From positions 1-30,778 of the IMG/VR virus record IMGVR_UViG_3300005573_000228: a stretch of 30,778 nt of DNA. One strand, written 5' to 3'. The number at the start of each line of letters is the position of its first letter. Within the stretch, counting starts at the first letter, position 1. Of the stretch, positions 26,343 through 30,778 are shown piece by piece. The DNA is from a virus (taxonomy: Duplodnaviria > Caudoviricetes). The position numbers and the translations under genes are program-made. The notes below the pieces were generated by a model that saw only the letters and a program-made list of their open reading frames with translations, made no database searches and was not told the DNA's origin.

Positions 26343-26851
26343 TGGTGTCGGCGCGCCCCCACCTGGTGTTGCAGAGTCCCAATCACGGGGGGCCGCGTTC
26401 CCAGACCAGGGGCGTGGTATTGCACAGCACCAGGTCGGGGGCCACCGGCACCGATGCCCTATCGCAGGAGTACGACCGGACGATCAGCTGGTTCATGCAG
26501 CCAGGAGCGGAGGCCTCGGCCCATCGCGTGATCGGCTACGTGCCTGGCCAGCACGCCCAGTTGGTGGCTGACGACAACATCGCCTGGCACGCAGGCGACC
26601 TGAACGAGGCGTGGCTGGGGATAGAGTTCTGCCAGCCCCGGCCGGAGGACCCGTATAGCCAGTGGCAGATCGAGACGGGGGCGGCGGTGGTGGCCGAGTG
26701 GCTCAGGCAGTATGGCCTGGAGCCGTCAGCAGCTACCATTGTTCGCCACCAGGACACCGAGCAGGGGCGCCGAGAGGGGAAGAGCGACCCTGGGGATCGG
26801 TTTCCATTGGGCGCGTTTGTTGATCTGGTAGGGAGGTTGTATGTACGGTGA
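26339..26851 (+). CDS. N-acetylmuramoyl-L-alanine amidase (Amidase_2) endolysin domain
   Basis: 'VVLHST', 'ASAH', 'AWHAG', 'LGIE', 'RHQD', 'KSDPG'. Confidence 0.92.
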   Translation: MMVSARPHLVLQSPNHGGPRSQTRGVVLHSTRSGATGTDALSQEYDRTISWFMQPGAEASAHRVIGYVPGQHAQLVADDNIAWHAGDLNEAWLGIEFCQPRPEDPYSQWQIETGAAVVAEWLRQYGLEPSAATIVRHQDTEQGRREGKSDPGDRFPLGAFVDLVGRLYVR

Positions 26852-27089
26852 CTTTACGGGCCTGGCAGCAGTGCCGGTGATCGTCGGCATCGTCGAGGTG
26901 TGCAAGCGCTGGATAAGCGACGATCGCTGGTATCCGGTGATCGCGCTTATCGTCGGCATCGCCATTAACGTAGCCGTCGCCCACCAAACCGGCAGCGACT
27001 ACCTGCTGGCGGGCCTGCTCGGCATTGTGGCTGGCCTGGCAGCCGGCGGGCTCTATAGCGGGGGCAAGGCGATCACCAATCCGCGGTAG
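26841..27089 (+). CDS. Holin-like small membrane protein
   Basis: GGGAGG RBS; three hydrophobic segments; 'GLAAGGLYSGGK'. Confidence 0.82.
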   Translation: MYGDFTGLAAVPVIVGIVEVCKRWISDDRWYPVIALIVGIAINVAVAHQTGSDYLLAGLLGIVAGLAAGGLYSGGKAITNPR

Positions 27090-27158
27090 CGGAGGTCGGG
27101 CTGGGACAAGCTCGACTGTGCCTATTCCCCCCGGTTACCCCGGGATTACCCCACCCCG

Positions 27159-27180
27159 CCTAGCAAAGCAACCTAGCAAA
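27159..27180. repeat. Direct repeat CCTAGCAAA x2, candidate integrase arm-type sites
   Basis: Copies at 27159-27167 and 27172-27180, near the tRNA fragment; TTACCCC x2 lies just upstream. Confidence 0.5.
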
Positions 27181-27897
27181 CACAAGATATGGCCCTCCGA
27201 AGGTTCGGAGGGCCATATCTTGGTATCTATGGGCAGGAGTGGAGGGACTCGAACCCCCGACCAACGGTTTTACCACGCCCAGCACTCTGGTTTGTTCATC
27301 TACCCGGATGAGCGGTTGTTCCCTAAGCGCGACTAGATACATCTGGCCATCACGTTCTTCTAGGATTTTGACGAGGCTTTCGCCATCATGAACAGCCAAA
27401 ACGATATCCCCTGGTCTAGGGCTAGCATCCAAATCGACGATAACTCGGTGCCCGCTGCGAATCTCCGGTTCCATACAGTCTCCGCTGGCGGGGACGGCGA
27501 TGAATCGGTGCTCACGCTCATCGGCCGCGGGCATATACGGCCAGTACTCCGCCTCGACAAGTACGCCCGCGCCGGCACTGGCTGGCTGACTGGTTTCGGG
27601 CACCAGGATTGGCAGCGACTCTTCGAGTTCGCGAATGATCTCATGCGGGGTGCGGCGCTCGCGAATCGGAACCGGAGCTACCCTGTAGCCCGCTGCCGCC
27701 CAGAGCGCCTCGGGAGGTACCCTCAGCACAGCGGCGACGCGCTCCAGCAGCTCTCGCTCCGGCCTCTCGCGCCGGCCCAGCTCGACCAACGACAACCAAG
27801 AGCGAGTCACACCGGCGTAGGTAGCCAGCATGCCCTGCGTTAGGCCCCTTTGTTCGCGTAACCGCCTGATGAGCGGCCCTACAGCCTCTTGTGCCAT
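27160..27897 (-). CDS. CI-like repressor (XRE HTH plus S24 peptidase domain)
   Basis: HTH 'IRRLREQRGLTQ..LA...GVTRSWLSLVELG'; AG site 'ASAG'; 'GDCMEP', 'GDIV', 'VKIL', 'VLGVV'. Confidence 0.92.
   Translation of the reverse strand: MAQEAVGPLIRRLREQRGLTQGMLATYAGVTRSWLSLVELGRRERPERELLERVAAVLRVPPEALWAAAGYRVAPVPIRERRTPHEIIRELEESLPILVPETSQPASAGAGVLVEAEYWPYMPAADEREHRFIAVPASGDCMEPEIRSGHRVIVDLDASPRPGDIVLAVHDGESLVKILEERDGQMYLVALREQPLIRVDEQTRVLGVVKPLVGGSSPSTPAHRYQDMALRTFGGPYLVFARLLC
27183..27222. terminator. Perfect 18-bp hairpin, probable bidirectional terminator
   Basis: CAAGATATGGCCCTCCGA-aggt-TCGGAGGGCCATATCTTG, between convergent transcription units. Confidence 0.75.
27230..27271 (-). other. attP-like core: 3' half of a tRNA-Trp gene
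   Basis: Minus strand reads AAAACCGTTGGTC-GGGGG TTCGAGT CCCTC-CACTCCT-G-CC: T-arm, acceptor strand and G discriminator. The 5' half is absent. Confidence 0.8.
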
Positions 27898-27910
27898 CCT
27901 CTGGTGCCCC

Positions 27911-27926
27911 TGCTACTAACGTAGCA
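27911..27926. promoter_or_regulatory. Operator 1, TGCTAC-TAAC-GTAGCA
   Basis: Perfect 6-bp inverted repeat in the cI-cro intergenic region. Confidence 0.75.
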
Positions 27927-27975
27927 TATTTTGCGCGCACGTTCTAACGGAAACCAGGTCTGCATCAATTAGGTG

Positions 27976-28004
27976 TTGACATTAGCAGCAACATATGCTA
28001 CTCT
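27976..28004 (+). promoter_or_regulatory. Early lytic promoter (pR-like)
   Basis: TTGACA, 17 nt spacer, TACTCT with extended TG. Confidence 0.8.
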
Positions 28005-28011
28005 TGTAGCC
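27996..28011. promoter_or_regulatory. Operator 2, TGCTAC-TCTT-GTAGCC
   Basis: 11/12 match to operator 1; overlaps the -10 element. Confidence 0.75.
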
Positions 28012-28029
28012 GTCAAGGAGGGCGAGCGA

Positions 28030-28332
28030 ATGCTTTTTCAACGGCTCCTGGACAGGCAACGGCAATTGCGGTTATCGGACAGGCAGTTTGCTAACCTCCT
28101 GGGAATTCCGAGGTCAACGTGGCAGTTGACTCGCACGGGTGTTAGACCCGTGGGGCGGCGGGTGGCCGTTGCTGCCCTACAAACGTTTCCCGATCTGGCG
28201 CCCGATGTCGCTCTTTTTTTGCTTTCTAGTGCTACGAGCGTATCACGTGCAGCTATGGATGTAGCTTACCGTATCACGTCTAGTCACCAGGAGGGCCACA
28301 ATGACCACACAGAGCGAACCGATGAAGCGTAG
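28030..28332 (+). CDS. Cro-like HTH protein
   Basis: AAGGAGG RBS and ATG 28030; 'LSDRQFANLLGIPRSTW'; divergent from cI. Confidence 0.8.
   Translation: MLFQRLLDRQRQLRLSDRQFANLLGIPRSTWQLTRTGVRPVGRRVAVAALQTFPDLAPDVALFLLSSATSVSRAAMDVAYRITSSHQEGHNDHTERTDEA
28230..28266. promoter_or_regulatory. Operators 3 and 4, inside cro
   Basis: TGCTAC-GAGC-GTATCA (28230-28245) and AGCTAT-GGAT-GTAGCT (28251-28266). Confidence 0.5.
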
Positions 28333-28531
28333 GTACTCCGACTACCCGCCCGAGACGCAGCGCGCGATCGACGGCATCATTGCCATCGGTGTGCGCATCG
28401 TTCGCCGCCTGGAGGCCGAGGGGCGGTTGGATGCGATCCTGGCCGAGGGCGATGGTAGCACGGGGGGCGGGCTGGCGAACTATTCGGATAGGAAAGGAGG
28501 TGAAATGAATGGCCAGACCAATGTCGCTTAA
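28301..28531 (+). CDS. Hypothetical early protein
   Basis: AGGAGG RBS and ATG. Confidence 0.6.
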   Translation: MTTQSEPMKRRYSDYPPETQRAIDGIIAIGVRIVRRLEAEGRLDAILAEGDGSTGGGLANYSDRKGGEMNGQTNVA

Positions 28532-28880
28532 CGGCGGATCGAAGCAGGCGTTCCCCAGGCATGTCAGCGACGGGCTGCTGGACCTGCGCGCATTGCGCTC
28601 GCAGATCGTAGGCGCTGCGAGAGTGGCGCGCGACGCCCGGCAGTCGCTGCCAGTGCGACGGCGGTGGCAGGCGTATCGGGAGCTGCTAGAGCACGCACTA
28701 GACGTGCGGATAGAGCTGCTGCAGCGCTCAACCGAGAGCCACGAGCGAGCCATCAGCGGGCGAGTTGGGCTGATGTGCCGGCGGTACGAGGCGTGCGACC
28801 CGACACATCGGGACCTGTGCGTGATGGCGCAAAAAAGAATCGCCGCCAGTGAGGTCAGCACTGGCGGCGACGCGGCGTAG
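28509..28880 (+). CDS. Hypothetical early protein
   Basis: AAAGGAGGTG RBS; fills the operon. Confidence 0.55.
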   Translation: MARPMSLNGGSKQAFPRHVSDGLLDLRALRSQIVGAARVARDARQSLPVRRRWQAYRELLEHALDVRIELLQRSTESHERAISGRVGLMCRRYEACDPTHRDLCVMAQKRIAASEVSTGGDAA

Positions 28881-28934
28881 TCACTGGTTGGTGCTACGCC
28901 GTCATTATAACACCAATGACGGGAGAGCGAACAA

Positions 28935-29234
28935 ATGAAATGGGGAAACGACAGAAACGGCAGGTGCGAGGCGTGTGGGAGAAAGCTGGGGAGTTGGGAG
29001 GGCAAGATCTGCGCCAGTTGCGAGGCGGCAATCTCCCGCAGCCTCAAGGACGCGGACATCGTGCCCCGCGACCAGGCTATCCGAGTGGTGGGAATGCCAA
29101 ATGCTAGGGACCGCTACCTAGGGGAGCTAGCGGCAGCCATCTCCGACGCCGAGTGCGCCGGGGACCTGGATTACGCCAGCTATCTGCGCGACCTGCAACA
29201 CTGGGCGCGCCGAATGGAGGTGCGCAATGGCTGA
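28935..29234 (+). CDS. Hypothetical Zn-finger early protein
   Basis: CEAC...CASC; coupled to the next ORF. Confidence 0.6.
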   Translation: MKWGNDRNGRCEACGRKLGSWEGKICASCEAAISRSLKDADIVPRDQAIRVVGMPNARDRYLGELAAAISDAECAGDLDYASYLRDLQHWARRMEVRNG

Positions 29235-29460
29235 CTTTAGGCAGACACTAGCGCGCCTGAGCCCGGAGGAGCGGCATCGGCTGAAGCTCTACGCCCAGGC
29301 CGTTGCGGGCCTGCGGATGGCCGCCTGGCAGGCCGAGGACGATCACGACTATGCCGGAGCGGCGTACTGGCGGCACCGTGCCTGGGATATACGCCAGGCC
29401 GGCAGGGCGCTGTGGGCGGAGGCGAAACGCCGCTCCGCCATGGAGGTGCGCAATGGCTGA
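29214..29460 (+). repeat. Perfect 21-bp direct repeat ATGGAGGTGCGCAATGGCTGA
   Basis: Copies at 29214-29234 and 29440-29460. Confidence 0.95.
29227..29460 (+). CDS. Hypothetical early protein
   Basis: GGAGG RBS; bounded by the 21-bp repeat. Confidence 0.65.
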   Translation: MADFRQTLARLSPEERHRLKLYAQAVAGLRMAAWQAEDDHDYAGAAYWRHRAWDIRQAGRALWAEAKRRSAMEVRNG

Positions 29461-30226
29461 GAGGGCGATGGCACCAAGCAACGGTTTGGATGTGTCGACA
29501 TTGCATGCCCTGGTCGTGCGGGGCGACCTATCGCAGCTGACCCCGGAGCAGCAGGTGCGGTATTACCTGGAGGTGTGCCGGGCCACTGGGCTGGTGCCGG
29601 CCACCAAGCCCTTCGAGTTCCTCAAGCTCAACGGGCGCCTGGTCCTGTACGCGCTCAAGAGCGCGACGGACCAACTGCGGGCCAGACACAACCTGTCCAT
29701 GCGCATAACGCGCCGGGAGCGCATTGACGATCAGTACTTGGTCGAGTGCGAGGTGACTGATGGCACCCGCACCGACCAGGAGATCGGCGTCGTCTCGCTG
29801 GCCGGCCTGAGCGGCGATGCCCTAGCCAACGCGATAATGAAAGCGGTCACCAAGGCCAAGCGCCGGGCCACGCTCTCGTTCTGCGGACTGGGGATGCTCG
29901 ACGAGACGGAGGTGGAGAGCATTCCCAGCGCCACGCCCGCACCGGAGACGACGGCTCGCGTGATCGAGCAGATCGACGAGCAGGGCACGGACATGGCGGC
30001 CAACGCGACCGATTCTGGACCGTCCGAGGCGGCGGAGAGAGACCAGTTGCGCCGGCGCTGGGCGCAGCTGTGGAACCGAGCGATGGACCTGCGGATGAAG
30101 CCCACGGTGACCATGCGGCCGCACGGATCGCTTCCCGATATGCGAGAGGCGGTAGCGCGATTGGCACGGGAGGTCGCCGCCATGGAGGAGATCGCGGCGG
30201 AGAGGGACCGTGCCGGCAACCTGTGA
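29453..30226 (+). CDS. ssDNA-annealing recombinase (RecT/Red-beta-like)
   Basis: 'GDLSQLTPEQ...YY..VC...GL.P.TKPF', 'NAIMKAVTKAKRRATLSFCGLGMLDETEVE'; ATG 29453 after GGAGG. Confidence 0.7.
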   Translation: MAERAMAPSNGLDVSTLHALVVRGDLSQLTPEQQVRYYLEVCRATGLVPATKPFEFLKLNGRLVLYALKSATDQLRARHNLSMRITRRERIDDQYLVECEVTDGTRTDQEIGVVSLAGLSGDALANAIMKAVTKAKRRATLSFCGLGMLDETEVESIPSATPAPETTARVIEQIDEQGTDMAANATDSGPSEAAERDQLRRRWAQLWNRAMDLRMKPTVTMRPHGSLPDMREAVARLAREVAAMEEIAAERDRAGNL

Positions 30227-30422
30227 CCGCTGCGGGCGCCGGGAGCTGGTGTACGTCTGCCCGGATTGCCGCAAGGCGGTCCGGGCAGAGGCCCAGCCCA
30301 AGCAGAAGCGCGGGGCGCGCCATTGCAAACCGTGCCGGGCGCAATGGAAACAGGGGCATTGGGAATTGCCATATGCCCATTGCGCCGAGTGCCTACGGGG
30401 AAAGGGTATCGAGATAGCCTGA
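30210..30422 (+). CDS. Small multi-CxxC zinc-finger protein
   Basis: Four CxxC pairs; GAGGG upstream of GTG. Confidence 0.55.
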   Translation: MPATCDRCGRRELVYVCPDCRKAVRAEAQPKQKRGARHCKPCRAQWKQGHWELPYAHCAECLRGKGIEIA

Positions 30423-30497
30423 GGCTCGCCGGGCAATTGGACATGGGACTCGAATGATCTGCAGAGGTCCGGACTAGGACTAGGGAGAGTGGAGACA

Positions 30498-30778
30498 GTG
30501 GCATGGATTCCTTCGCATCAAGAGCTCGCGCGGCATCCAAAGACCCGCAGGCTGGCTAGGCTCCTGAGAATCACGGTTCCGACGGCGATTGGGCATCTGC
30601 ACCTGCTGTGGTGGTGGGCGCTGGACTACGCCCCCGACGGACGGCTCGACCGATACGATGCGGACGATCTGGCCGATGCCACAATGTGGGAGGGCGACCC
30701 CGCGGAGCTGATGGAGGGGCTGATCGCCGCCGGATTCATCGATTCTGACGACGATGGGCGCCGGCTGCACGACTGGGA
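30498..30778 (+). CDS. Phage replication initiator N-terminal domain (partial, runs off the window)
   Basis: GTG 30498: MAWIPSHQELARHPKTRRLARLL...IGHLHLLWWWALDYAPDG...LIAAGFID...LHDW. Confidence 0.75.
   Translation, partial: MAWIPSHQELARHPKTRRLARLLRITVPTAIGHLHLLWWWALDYAPDGRLDRYDADDLADATMWEGDPAELMEGLIAAGFIDSDDDGRRLHDW

Noticed and set aside
27230-27271. Functional tRNA gene
   Set aside because: Only the 3' half is present; the D-arm, anticodon and 5' acceptor strand are replaced by repressor coding sequence.
28883-28911. Additional early promoter
   Set aside because: TATAAC is present but there is no convincing -35 at normal spacing; too weak to list.
29303-29452. N-terminal extension of the annealing protein
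   Set aside because: It overlaps ORF 29227-29460; the strong SD points to ATG 29453.

Overview
The window is most of a GC-rich, temperate-type tailed phage genome, siphovirus-like because it has a tape measure and tail tube but no sheath. It appears to be read across an attP-like junction. Gene order: small early/accessory ORFs (1-1660); a duplicated promoter-leader/Zn-ribbon/TerS module enclosing a DNA adenine methyltransferase (1640-4850); TerL, portal and MuF with a frameshifted putative toxin domain plus immunity-like gene; scaffold, capsid, glycosyltransferase, neck and tail genes; lysis genes; a terminator and tRNA-Trp 3' fragment lying inside the 3' end of the CI-like repressor gene; a CI/Cro switch with TGCTAC-N4-GTAGCA operators; then early genes, an ssDNA-annealing protein and a truncated replication initiator. 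No integrase is visible. The four most notable signals are: (1) three copies of a sigma70 promoter followed by a covarying terminator/antiterminator RNA switch, two of them directly ahead of Mu Com-like zinc-ribbon genes; (2) an att core and terminator inside the repressor ORF; (3) a lysin locus with an internal start and a -1 slippery site that would fuse a glycoside hydrolase to an amidase; (4) a MuF toxin-immunity module split by one base. All family calls come from motif recognition by eye, not from database searches.
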